A stretch of 33,342 nt of DNA from Eubacteriales bacterium (lineage in GTDB: Bacteria; Bacillota; Clostridia; Oscillospirales; CAG-272): positions 1-33,342 of the forward strand of contig JAZSBJ010000062.1 of the NCBI GenBank assembly GCA_045602305.1. Direction: 5' to 3'. Every line of letters begins with the position of its first letter. Within the stretch, counting starts at the first letter, position 1. Below, piece by piece: positions 25,143-33,342 of the stretch. A program made the position numbers and the translations under genes. The notes under the pieces were generated by a model. The model had not been told where the DNA came from, did no database searches, and worked only from the letters and a program-made list of their open reading frames with translations.

Positions 25143-25972
25143 GGCAAGATCCTCCCTTCTCCCTCTTCGCCGTCCGCAAAGCGGTTCATCACGGCGATGG
25201 AGAGCAAGAGCAGTACCATCATCACGAGCGAGATGGCAGCACCCACGTTGTAGGTGAGGGGGTTGGCAAACAAACGCTCAATGGCGTCGCCCACAAGTTC
25301 AAAGGTACCGCCGCCCAGCTTTTGAGAGATGTAAAAGGTGCTGATCGAGGGGACGAACACCATCGTCACGCCCGAAATGATGCCCGAGCGCGAGAGGGGC
25401 AAAACGACGCTCGTCATCACCTTAAGGCTGTTACAGCCGAGGTCCTGCGCCGCCTCAAGCACGCGCGGGTCGAGCTTGGACACCACGGTGTAAATGGGCA
25501 AGATCATATAGGGCAGAAAATCGTACACCATACCGAAAATAACGGCGCCCTTGGTGCCAACGATATGAAGCTCCGTGCCGAGAACGGTGTTGATCAGACC
25601 CCCGTCGTCAAGGAGCGCCATCATCGAATAGGTGCGAATGAGCAGGTTGATCCACATCGGGAGCATCGCCGCAAGCAAAAGCACTTTCTGATGGCGCGGC
25701 TTCGCGCGGGAGATGAAATACGCCATAGGGAAGCCGATCAAAACGCAAATCACGGTTGCGATCAAAGAAAGGCTGATGGAAAGGAAAAAGGTGTTCCCGT
25801 AATCGCCGAGTGCCCCAAGATTTTCAAACGTGAAGTTTCCGTTTGCATCGGTCAAGGCATAATAAAACACGAACAAAAGAGGGGCAACTATAAACAGAAC
25901 GCTCCAAACGACGTGAGGGGCTGCTGCGGCGCGGGCAAAAAGCGATTTCGTCTTATTCACTGTCCGCCGCAT
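25139..25972 (-). CDS. potB: Spermidine/putrescine ABC transporter permease
   Basis: [33 protein letters not shown]. Start at ATG 25972 or GTG 25960. Confidence 0.9.
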   Translation of the reverse strand: MRRTVNKTKSLFARAAAAPHVVWSVLFIVAPLLFVFYYALTDANGNFTFENLGALGDYGNTFFLSISLSLIATVICVLIGFPMAYFISRAKPRHQKVLLLAAMLPMWINLLIRTYSMMALLDDGGLINTVLGTELHIVGTKGAVIFGMVYDFLPYMILPIYTVVSKLDPRVLEAAQDLGCNSLKVMTSVVLPLSRSGIISGVTMVFVPSISTFYISQKLGGGTFELVGDAIERLFANPLTYNVGAAISLVMMVLLLLSIAVMNRFADGEEGEGRILP

Positions 25973-27110
25973 CCTCCGTTTCCTCTTCCTTTTCGTCCTC
26001 GGCGTCAAAGTCGGGGTCGGAGAGCGTGTCCATCTCATCCGAGAAGGTGGAATAGTCGCCAAACTGTCCCGAGAACTCGGATTTCTTCATAATGTGAATG
26101 GCGTCGGGCTCAATATAAAGACCGATGGTCGCCCCCTCAGCCACAAAGTCCGAGGTTTCGATCATCCATTTAAAGCCGCCGATGTCGACGATGATCTCGT
26201 AGTAGTCGCCCTTAAAGGTAACGCCCGTCACCGTGCCCGAAAGCATACCGTTTTCGGGGCGCACGACGTCCACGTCCTCAGGGCGCACAACGACGTCCAC
26301 GGGCTCGTTTGCGGCAAAGCCGCCGTCAACGCAGGTAAAGGTGTGTCCCGAGAAGCGCACGCGGCAATCGGCAAGCATCACACCGTCCACGATGTTGGAT
26401 TCGCCAATAAAGTCCGCAACGAATGCGTTTTCGGGCTCGTTGTAAATGTCGGTGGGCGAGCCGATCTGCTGGATCACACCGTCTGCCATAACGACGACGG
26501 TATCCGACATCGAAAGCGCTTCCTCTTGGTCGTGGGTGACGTAAATAAAGGTGATTCCCGTTGCCTTTTGGATGGTCTTAAGCTCGTTCTGCATATCCTT
26601 GCGGAGCTTGAGGTCGAGCGCACCGAGAGGCTCGTCGAGCAAAAGCACGCGGGGCTTGTTGATGAGCGCACGCGCAATGGCAACGCGCTGCTGCTGACCG
26701 CCCGAAAGAAGATTGACGTTCTTCTTTTCAAATCCGCGCAGGGAAACGAGCGCGAGCATCTCGTGTACGCGCTCTGCGATCTCGGCGCGCGGCACCTTGG
26801 CTTGGCGCAGACCGAACGCGATATTTTCATAAACATTCAAATGAGGAAACAGGGCGTATTTCTGAAATACGGTATTGACGTTTCTTTGGTAGGGGGGAAG
26901 CTCGTTGATCCGCTTGCCGTCAAAGAAAACGTCACCCTCGTCGGGCGTTTCAAAGCCGCCAATGATGCGGAGCGTCGTGGTCTTGCCGCAGCCCGAGGGA
27001 CCGAGAAAGGTAACGAACTCCTTATCTCGGATCACAAGGTCGATGTTCTTCAAGACCGCTTCGCCGTCAAAGGATTTTGAAATGCCGTGCAACTCAATGA
27101 TGTTGTTCAT
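25953..27110 (-). CDS. potA: Spermidine/putrescine ABC transporter ATP-binding protein
   Basis: [34 protein letters not shown]-terminal TOBE-like domain. Start at ATG 27110. Confidence 0.95.
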   Translation of the reverse strand: MNNIIELHGISKSFDGEAVLKNIDLVIRDKEFVTFLGPSGCGKTTTLRIIGGFETPDEGDVFFDGKRINELPPYQRNVNTVFQKYALFPHLNVYENIAFGLRQAKVPRAEIAERVHEMLALVSLRGFEKKNVNLLSGGQQQRVAIARALINKPRVLLLDEPLGALDLKLRKDMQNELKTIQKATGITFIYVTHDQEEALSMSDTVVVMADGVIQQIGSPTDIYNEPENAFVADFIGESNIVDGVMLADCRVRFSGHTFTCVDGGFAANEPVDVVVRPEDVDVVRPENGMLSGTVTGVTFKGDYYEIIVDIGGFKWMIETSDFVAEGATIGLYIEPDAIHIMKKSEFSGQFGDYSTFSDEMDTLSDPDFDAEDEKEEETEDAADSE

Positions 27111-27191
27111 TCTTTTTTGATGGGTACTCCTTTGAAGAAAAAATACCGCTATCGGTGCGGGAAAAATCCCTTGCATCCGATAACGATATGA

Positions 27192-27220
27192 ATTATAGCA
27201 AATCTGTTTATAAAATGCAA
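27192..27220 (-). promoter_or_regulatory. sigma-A promoter of the pot operon
   Basis: TTGCAT (27220-27215), 17 bp spacer, TGcTATAAT (hexamer 27197-27192). Confidence 0.6.
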
Positions 27221-27341
27221 TATCTTTTGCGAAAAAAACCTTTATTTTTTTGCATTTTTTGCGAAAAAACGAGCGCTTTCCGTGTAAAGCGATTGGAAAC
27301 CTCGTTTTTTCTCTTTAAATCTCTCGAAATCTCACGAAATC

Positions 27342-27929
27342 TCAAAAATCGTTGGGAGAGGTGTTTTTTCTCTCCAAAAGAAAATATAAGGAAAAAAAGA
27401 CGCCGCAAAGCCCGTTTCCCGACAGATAATACAAAAAAAGGCAAAAATAGAAGAAAAAAGCGAGAAACAGGCAACTCAAAAGGGAAAGGATCGCACGCGC
27501 CGCCCTCGGCACCGTGCGCGCAAGAAAAAGCCTTAAAAGACGCTCGCCGTCACACCCGCCGAAGGGGAGAAGATTGCCAAGCCCAAACAAAAGATGCACG
27601 GCAGCGGCAAGCAGAAAAAAGCTATGCTCTCCAAGCCTTAGGGCAAAAAGTCCAAGCGCAAGATTAAAAAGCGGTCCCGCCGCGGCGACGAGCAGCTCTT
27701 CGCGCGGCAAAAGCGGGAGCGCGGGCGTGAGGCGCGCGCCCACCCCCTCAAGCCGAAAAAGGGGGGCTTTTGCCCCAATGAGCCGAAAGGCGCAAAGATG
27801 CCCCCATTCGTGAAAGGCAAGGGCGCTGAGAAAAAGAAGCCAAACGGCAGGCGGCTCGGAAAGGAGCAGATAGGCGATCAAAAGCCCCGCGGGGAGTGCC
27901 TCTACTAAGGCAGATGCGCGTCCCCTCAA
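27342..27929 (-). CDS. M50 (site-2) intramembrane metalloprotease, SpoIVFB-like
   Basis: FHEWGH, ELLVAAAGPLFN, NLLPFGGCDG; hydrophobic; TTG start overlaps the upstream TGA. Confidence 0.75.
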   Translation of the reverse strand: MRGRASALVEALPAGLLIAYLLLSEPPAVWLLFLSALAFHEWGHLCAFRLIGAKAPLFRLEGVGARLTPALPLLPREELLVAAAGPLFNLALGLFALRLGEHSFFLLAAAVHLLFGLGNLLPFGGCDGERLLRLFLARTVPRAARAILSLLSCLFLAFFFYFCLFLYYLSGNGLCGVFFSLYFLLERKNTSPNDF

Positions 27930-28171
27930 CGCCCCGACCAGCCGAGAAAGACGGCAATCGCTTCGTTTTCGCTGAAAAACTCCTCAAAGCGAGATACGGC
28001 AAGGCTGATGTCCCCCGTCCCCATACGGTCGTCCCATAAAAGAAAGGAGCAAACGGTCAAAACCGCCGCCAACGCCCCCAAAAGGGAAAGAAAAACGCCC
28101 CCGCGCCGTCCCACGCTTCGCTCCTCGCTCCGTCCCGGGGTCAAGGGATCCTCTTCCTTCAGCCAACGCAT
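27926..28171 (-). CDS. Small single-pass membrane protein (81 aa)
   Basis: GGAGGT RBS, one TM segment, 4-bp overlap with the M50 gene. Confidence 0.65.
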   Translation of the reverse strand: MRWLKEEDPLTPGRSEERSVGRRGGVFLSLLGALAAVLTVCSFLLWDDRMGTGDISLAVSRFEEFFSENEAIAVFLGWSGR

Positions 28172-28251
28172 ACGCTACCTCCGTAAAAAGCATTTCAAAA
28201 AAGCATATGCAAAAGGCAAAAAAATAAAACCGTTTCGGCAAGGAAACGGTT

Positions 28252-29046
28252 TTAAAGAAGGGCAGCCTGCGATGAAAGCTCGTAGCGTGCGCCACGGCTT
28301 CCCGCGATGACGAGCGCCCCTGTATCGGTAACGGAGATCACCTTGCCGCGCCGTTTTTTCTTTCCGTCGCGGAAGCGAACGCGCTTGCCCATCAAAAGAA
28401 GTCTTGTGCGGTATTCGTCCCAAAAGGGAAGGGCGGTGTCGCCCGCCGTGGGAATGGCGTCGTACATCGTGTAGAAATCGTGCAAAAAGGCTTGCGTCAG
28501 ATGGTCGGCGTTGGAAACGGGACGCGAGGTGAAGATTCTTGCCACTGCGTCCACCATTCGCATAGGAAAGCGCGATTCGGGCATATCGATGACCGCGTGC
28601 AGGATCATATAATCCAAAAATCCGCTGGGCAAAAGCAAGCTCTGCGAGAAGACGGTCGCGATGCGCTTGGTTGGGAAAAGGGCAAAGCGGCGGCGCTCAA
28701 GATGAATGTCGCCAAGCCAACGGATCTCGGTACGCGTTTCCGAGTTGCGCTCAATGGCGTGGCAGACGGCGAGCGTTCCCATCGCGTTGATGACGCCCGC
28801 GAGATCCGCGTGCTTGCCGGGACGCAAAAGCGTGCAAATGTGAAGGCGGGGGAAGGGGTGCGCCGAGGGGTCTTCGCCTTGTATGCGGTCGGAAATGACG
28901 GTATACCCCTCTTCAGCACCTCTTTTGGCAAAGGAAACGAGCGTGGCAAGTGCGTCCGCGACACCGATACGGTTGTCGATCAGCAGGGTTCTGCCGCCGG
29001 GGATCTGCAAGGATGTCAAAGCGGAATCTCTGTGTGCGTGTGCCAT
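28252..29046 (-). CDS. Degenerate biotin-protein ligase (BirA)-like protein
   Basis: BirA-like order of elements (GYTVIS, LHICTLLRP, IRWLGDIHL, LMGKRV...GKVISVTDTGALVI) but catalytic motifs are altered. Confidence 0.7.
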   Translation of the reverse strand: MAHAHRDSALTSLQIPGGRTLLIDNRIGVADALATLVSFAKRGAEEGYTVISDRIQGEDPSAHPFPRLHICTLLRPGKHADLAGVINAMGTLAVCHAIERNSETRTEIRWLGDIHLERRRFALFPTKRIATVFSQSLLLPSGFLDYMILHAVIDMPESRFPMRMVDAVARIFTSRPVSNADHLTQAFLHDFYTMYDAIPTAGDTALPFWDEYRTRLLLMGKRVRFRDGKKKRRGKVISVTDTGALVIAGSRGARYELSSQAALL

Positions 29047-29082
29047 CTCTCTCTCCTTTCCGTGATATGAAGCAATGGGAAA

Positions 29083-30522
29083 TTAGTACGACTTACCCCA
29101 ATAAACGAGCTTCTTCGCGGGGCGTCCGCAACAAACGCAGACGTCGCTCACTTCTTCGGTGTCGCCAAAGGGAATGCAACGGGAAGAAAGATCTGCTTCC
29201 TCTTTGATTTTCAGCTCGCAATCCAGGTCGCCGCACCACATAGCACGCACGTAGCCACTCTTTTCCTTGGCAAGGGAGAGAAGCTCGTCGTAGCTCGTTG
29301 CGGTAAAGGTGCGCGCGGCGCGGTTGGCAAGCGCCTTTTCGTAAAGGGAAGTGGTTACGAGAGCGAGCTGCTCCTTCACCGTTTCCTCGATGCCCTCAAG
29401 CGAGAGGAACTGCTTTTCGAGGTTATCGCGGCGTACAAGCACGCAGCTTCCCGACGCGATGTCGCGGGGACCAAGCTCGATGCGTACGGGAATACCGCGC
29501 ATCTCGTGCTCTGCAAACTTCCATCCGGGCGAATTGTCGCTGTCGTCCACCTTTACGCGGCAGAAGGGTGCAAGACGGGCGCGCAGTGCTTCCGCCGCCT
29601 CAAGGACGCCTTCCTTGTGCTGCTGTACGGGAACGATGATGACCTGTACGGGCGCAACGGCAGGGGGAAGCACGAGTCCGCGGTCATCGCCGTGCGTCAT
29701 AATGATACCGCCGATGATACGGGTGGAAACGCCCCAAGAGGTCTGGTGACAATACTTGAGCGTGTTGTCTTTGTCGAGGTATTGGATCTCAAAGGCGCGG
29801 GCAAAGCCGTCGCCGAAGTTGTGCGAGGTACCGCCTTGGAGCGCCTTGCCGTCGTGCATCAGTGCCTCTACGGTGTAGGTCGCCTTTGCGCCGGCAAACT
29901 TTTCCTTGTCCGTTTTCTGTCCGCGAAGCACGGGCATACCGAGGTCCTTCTCAAAGAAGTCGCCGTATACGTTCAGCATACGGAGCGTTTCTTCCTCAGC
30001 GTCCTCTGCGGTCGCGTGCATCGTGTGTCCCTCTTGCCAAAGGAACTCGCGGCTACGCAAGAAGGGGCGGGTGGTCTTCTCCCAACGCACGACCGAGCAC
30101 CACTGGTTGTAGAGCTTGGGCAGGTCGCGGTAGGAGCGAATGATGTTTTTATAATGCTCGCAGAAGAGTGTTTCCGAGGTCGGACGAACGCAAAGACGCT
30201 CCGAAAGTCTTTCCGAGCCGCCCATCGTGACCCAAGCAACCTCGGGCGCAAAGCCCTCAACGTGCTCCTTTTCCTTCTGCAAAAGGCTTTCGGGAATGAA
30301 CATCGGCATATACACGTTCTCGTGTCCCGTTTCCTTGAAGCGGGTGTCAAGGATCTTCTGAATGTTCTCCCAGATCGCGTAGCCGTAGGGACGGATGATC
30401 ATACATCCCTTGACGCTCGAATAGTCGATCAAGTCTGCCTTTTTTACAATGTCGGTGTACCATTTTGCAAAATCCTCGTCGCGCGAGGTGATGGCTTCCA
30501 CCATTTTTTTCTCGTTTGCCAT
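29083..30522 (-). CDS. proS: Proline--tRNA ligase (archaeal/eukaryotic-like type)
   Basis: [25 protein letters not shown]...[26 protein letters not shown]-terminal Cys cluster ending WGKSY. Start at ATG 30522. Confidence 0.97.
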   Translation of the reverse strand: MANEKKMVEAITSRDEDFAKWYTDIVKKADLIDYSSVKGCMIIRPYGYAIWENIQKILDTRFKETGHENVYMPMFIPESLLQKEKEHVEGFAPEVAWVTMGGSERLSERLCVRPTSETLFCEHYKNIIRSYRDLPKLYNQWCSVVRWEKTTRPFLRSREFLWQEGHTMHATAEDAEEETLRMLNVYGDFFEKDLGMPVLRGQKTDKEKFAGAKATYTVEALMHDGKALQGGTSHNFGDGFARAFEIQYLDKDNTLKYCHQTSWGVSTRIIGGIIMTHGDDRGLVLPPAVAPVQVIIVPVQQHKEGVLEAAEALRARLAPFCRVKVDDSDNSPGWKFAEHEMRGIPVRIELGPRDIASGSCVLVRRDNLEKQFLSLEGIEETVKEQLALVTTSLYEKALANRAARTFTATSYDELLSLAKEKSGYVRAMWCGDLDCELKIKEEADLSSRCIPFGDTEEVSDVCVCCGRPAKKLVYWGKSY

Positions 30523-30558
30523 AATGCTCTCCTTAAAAAGAAAGGGTTTATCTTGTTT

Positions 30559-30587
30559 ATTATAACGGTCTTTTTTGCTTTTGTCAA
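30559..30587 (-). promoter_or_regulatory. Consensus sigma-A promoter of proS
   Basis: TTGACA (30587-30582), 17 bp spacer, TATAAT (30564-30559). Confidence 0.85.
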
Positions 30588-30608
30588 GTTGTAGGACGAA
30601 AAAGGCGT

Positions 30609-30643
30609 AAAAAAAGACGGAGTGCCCAAAAAGCAACTCCGTC
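30609..30643 (-). terminator. Terminator after the YegP-family gene
   Basis: GACGGAGT/ACTCCGTC stem followed by a U7 run on the minus strand. Confidence 0.7.
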
Positions 30644-30657
30644 AAAGAAAAATGAAA

Positions 30658-31035
30658 TCACTCTTCTGCGAAAACGATCTCCGCGGCGGGGGCGTTTTCG
30701 GCAATGCTCTCGATCCCCACCTTGGCGCTCGTCTTGGCGGTGTAGCCCTGCGAAGCACAGATGATCTCGCCGTTCGAGGCACGCAGATGGAAGCGGAATT
30801 TTTCTTCCTTGTCCGCAAAGATCTCGTACTTGGGGCAGAGAAGCGGCGCGTAGCCCTCTTCCGTTTGGTCCTCAATGTGCGACGCTGCGTTTGCACGGAT
30901 GCTTTCAATGCCGTTTTTGCAGTTTTGCAGGGTGGTGTAGGTTTCCGAGGTCGCGATCACTCTGCCGTTGGGGGCATAAAGGTTGAACATATACTCGCCG
31001 TTTTTAGCGAGCTTGATCTCAAATTTTGCGGACAT
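30658..31035 (-). CDS. YegP/DUF1508 family protein (tandem repeat)
   Basis: Two repeats: YMFNLYAPNGRVIATSETY...KNGIESI and FRFHLRASNGEIICASQGY...KVGIESI. Confidence 0.9.
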   Translation of the reverse strand: MSAKFEIKLAKNGEYMFNLYAPNGRVIATSETYTTLQNCKNGIESIRANAASHIEDQTEEGYAPLLCPKYEIFADKEEKFRFHLRASNGEIICASQGYTAKTSAKVGIESIAENAPAAEIVFAEE

Positions 31036-31071
31036 TTTTCATTGCTCCTTAACCGTATTTTTGACATCTCT

Positions 31072-31100
31072 ATTTTAGCACATTTCCGTCCTTTTTGCAA
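31072..31100 (-). promoter_or_regulatory. sigma-A promoter of the YegP-family gene
   Basis: TTGCAA (31100-31095), 17 bp spacer, TGcTAAAAT (hexamer 31077-31072). Confidence 0.55.
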
Positions 31101-31296
31101 GCCCTCAGGTGGTATTTTACGAAAAACTTTTTCGCTTGTGCGGACTCTCTTTGCCAAAAAACGTTTTTTGACACTTTTGCATTGAAACTTGCAAAACGGT
31201 TTCCCGTTTTGCGCGAAAAAGGGCTGAAAAAAGCACTTTTCCCACTTTTTTGCGGATTTAAAATGCAAATTTACATAAAATATCTTGCAAAAAACC

Positions 31297-31326
31297 TTGA
31301 CAAATGCGAGGGAATTGTTCTATAAT
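31297..31326 (+). promoter_or_regulatory. sigma-A promoter of hppA
   Basis: TTGACA (31297-31302), 18 bp spacer, TATAAT (31321-31326). Confidence 0.75.
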
Positions 31327-31424
31327 ATGTTATATGTTAAATTTGTGACAAAAAATGTCAAGCCGCCTTGTGCTTGTGCGTATAAAGTGATTCGGAAAAA
31401 GTAGGAAAGAAGTAAAGGAGAAGT

Positions 31425-33342
31425 ATGGAAAATTTAATCGTTATACTCACTTTCGTCGGGGCGATCATCGCCCTTCTTTACGCCCTCTTTACGGCGAAGC
31501 GCGTGCTTCGTGCGGATGAGGGAAATGAGAAAATGAAGCGCGTTTCGCTTTCGATCCGCGCGGGTGCCAATGCGTATTTGCGGCGTCAGTACACCGTCGT
31601 CGGCATTTTCTTTGCGGTGGTGTTCGTCGTTTTGTGCTTGATGGCACTCTTATTTGATGATTTCAGCTGGTTCACGCCCTTCGCGTTTGTGACAGGCGGT
31701 ATCTTCTCGGGGCTTTCGGGCTTCATCGGAATGAAGATCGCGACCTACGCAAACTCTCGCACCGCCTGCGCCGCACAGTCGAGCCTCGGTAAGGGCTTGC
31801 GTATCGCCTTTTCGGCAGGCTCGGTAATGGGCTTCGTCGTCGTCGGTCTTGGACTTCTCGACATCTCCGTTTGGTTTGCCCTTTTGAAGTACGTATTCCA
31901 CAAGGGCGCCGCCGAGATCTCTTCCGCGATGCTCACCTTTGGTATGGGTGCGTCGATGATGGCGCTCTTTGCCCGCGTGGGCGGCGGTATCTACACCAAG
32001 GCGGCAGACGTCGGCGCCGACCTTGTCGGTAAGGTGGAGGCGGGCATTCCCGAGGACGACCCCCGTAACCCCGCCGTCATTGCCGACAACGTAGGTGACA
32101 ACGTAGGTGACGTTGCAGGTATGGGCGCCGACCTTTATGAGTCGTACGTCGGCTCCATCGTTTCCGCCTCTGCCTTGGGAGTTGCCGCCTTCGGCAACAT
32201 TTGGGGTATGGGTGTGCCGCTTCTCATTTCGGCAATCGGTATCTTCTGCTCGCTCATCGGTAGCTTTTTCGTCCGCACGGGCGAGTCCACCGACCAAAAG
32301 AAGCTCCTCGGCGCGCTCTCGCGCGGCACGAATCTCTCTGCTGTGTTGATCGCCGTTGCGTCCTTCTTCATCATCTGGCTTTGCCTTGGTATGGACCGCA
32401 TCGGGCTCTATTTCTCCATTCTCGCGGGACTCCTTGCGGGCGTCTTGATCGGTAAGTTTACCGAATATTATACCTCGGACACCTACAAGCCTACGCGTGC
32501 GCTCGCGGGTAGCACCGAAACGGGCTCTGCCACCACTATCATCAGCGGCATCAGCCTCGGTATGCTCTCCACCCTCGCACCCATCGTCATCGTTGCCATC
32601 GCCATTCTTATCGCATTCTTTGCGGGCGGCGGTGCGGAGAGCGCAAAGCTCGGTCTTTACGGCATTGCCCTCTCTGCCGTGGGTATGCTTTCGACGCTCG
32701 GCATCACGCTTGCCACCGACGCCTACGGCCCCATTGCGGACAACGCGGGCGGTATCGCAGAGATGGCAGGACTTGATAAAGAGGTTCGCCGCCGTACCGA
32801 CGCGCTTGATGCGCTCGGCAACACCACCGCCGCAACGGGCAAGGGCTTTGCCATCGGCTCTGCGGCGCTCACCGCACTCGCTCTTATGACCTCGTACATT
32901 GATAAGGTCAACGAGATGAGCGTTGGGCTGGGCGGCTTCCACTTCGACCTCAGCATCACCTATCCCGCCGTTCTCGTCGGCTTCTTCATCGGCGGATGCT
33001 TGCCCTTCCTCTTTGCCGCGCTCACGATGCAGTCGGTGGGAAGAGCCGCGCAGAGCATCGTCAAGGAAGTGCGCCGTCAGTTCCGTGAGATCAAGGGGCT
33101 GATGTCGGGCGAGGCAGAGGCAGATTACGCTACCTGCGTTGACCTTTGCACCAAGGCGTCCTTAAAGGAAATGATCCTTCCCACCGTCGTATCGGTCGTC
33201 GCGCCCGTCATTACGGGACTTTTGCTCGGCCCGAACGGTGTTGTCGGACTTCTCGCTGGCGCAACGGTCACGGGCTTCCTCGTTGCCGTGTTTATGTCCA
33301 ACTCGGGCGGCGCTTGGGACAATGCGAAAAAGTATATCGAGG
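31425..33342 (+). CDS. hppA: K+-dependent membrane pyrophosphatase, probably Na+-translocating (3'-truncated; absent from the ORF track)
   Basis: ATG 31425 after AAGGAG; GGIYTKAADVGADLVGKVEAGIPEDDPRNPAVIADNVGDNVGD, DAYGPIADNAGGIAEM, GNTTAATGKGFAIGS (Ala marks K+-dependence), GGAWDNAKKYIE at the edge. Confidence 0.96.
   Translation, partial: MENLIVILTFVGAIIALLYALFTAKRVLRADEGNEKMKRVSLSIRAGANAYLRRQYTVVGIFFAVVFVVLCLMALLFDDFSWFTPFAFVTGGIFSGLSGFIGMKIATYANSRTACAAQSSLGKGLRIAFSAGSVMGFVVVGLGLLDISVWFALLKYVFHKGAAEISSAMLTFGMGASMMALFARVGGGIYTKAADVGADLVGKVEAGIPEDDPRNPAVIADNVGDNVGDVAGMGADLYESYVGSIVSASALGVAAFGNIWGMGVPLLISAIGIFCSLIGSFFVRTGESTDQKKLLGALSRGTNLSAVLIAVASFFIIWLCLGMDRIGLYFSILAGLLAGVLIGKFTEYYTSDTYKPTRALAGSTETGSATTIISGISLGMLSTLAPIVIVAIAILIAFFAGGGAESAKLGLYGIALSAVGMLSTLGITLATDAYGPIADNAGGIAEMAGLDKEVRRRTDALDALGNTTAATGKGFAIGSAALTALALMTSYIDKVNEMSVGLGGFHFDLSITYPAVLVGFFIGGCLPFLFAALTMQSVGRAAQSIVKEVRRQFREIKGLMSGEAEADYATCVDLCTKASLKEMILPTVVSVVAPVITGLLLGPNGVVGLLAGATVTGFLVAVFMSNSGGAWDNAKKYIE

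Noticed and set aside
23332-27080. Long plus-strand ORFs over the pot operon
   Set aside because: Antisense shadows of potABCD.
29506-30594. 362-aa plus-strand ORF
   Set aside because: Antisense to proS.
31036-31424. AT-rich intergenic region as oriC or ncRNA
   Set aside because: No DnaA boxes found; it is explained by two divergent promoters and A/T tracts, and no stable conserved-looking fold was seen.
31650-32942. 430-aa minus-strand ORF
   Set aside because: Antisense to hppA, which the ORF track missed because its stop lies outside the window.

Overview
A 33.3-kb chromosomal window from a spore-forming clostridial Firmicute (inferred from cotJABC, a SpoIVFB-like M50 peptidase, sigma-A promoters and a K+-dependent membrane pyrophosphatase). 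Most of it is housekeeping: glpK and a lipase, cotJ, tRNA-Ser(GCU), pssA/psd, rpmH-rnpA-yidD-yidC-jag-mnmE, potABCD, proS, a YegP-family gene and hppA (truncated at the right edge). The left 6.7 kb holds the most unusual locus, a tightly coupled minus-strand operon of at least five genes. It encodes a TIR-domain protein, a divergent agmatine/peptidylarginine deiminase-family enzyme, a 646-aa helical/coiled-coil protein, a MinD/ParA-like ATPase with a variant KGGAGR Walker A, and a 232-aa unknown. I do not recognise this architecture as a described system; it is a candidate signalling or defence system. Also present: a 272-bp palindromic MITE-like element inserted in a stop codon with a TA duplication, a highly structured palindromic element built from copies of the tRNA-Ser 3' end, a catalytically degenerate BirA-like protein, and an rpmH cluster that is not adjacent to dnaA. 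All family assignments come from motifs read by eye; no database searches were run.
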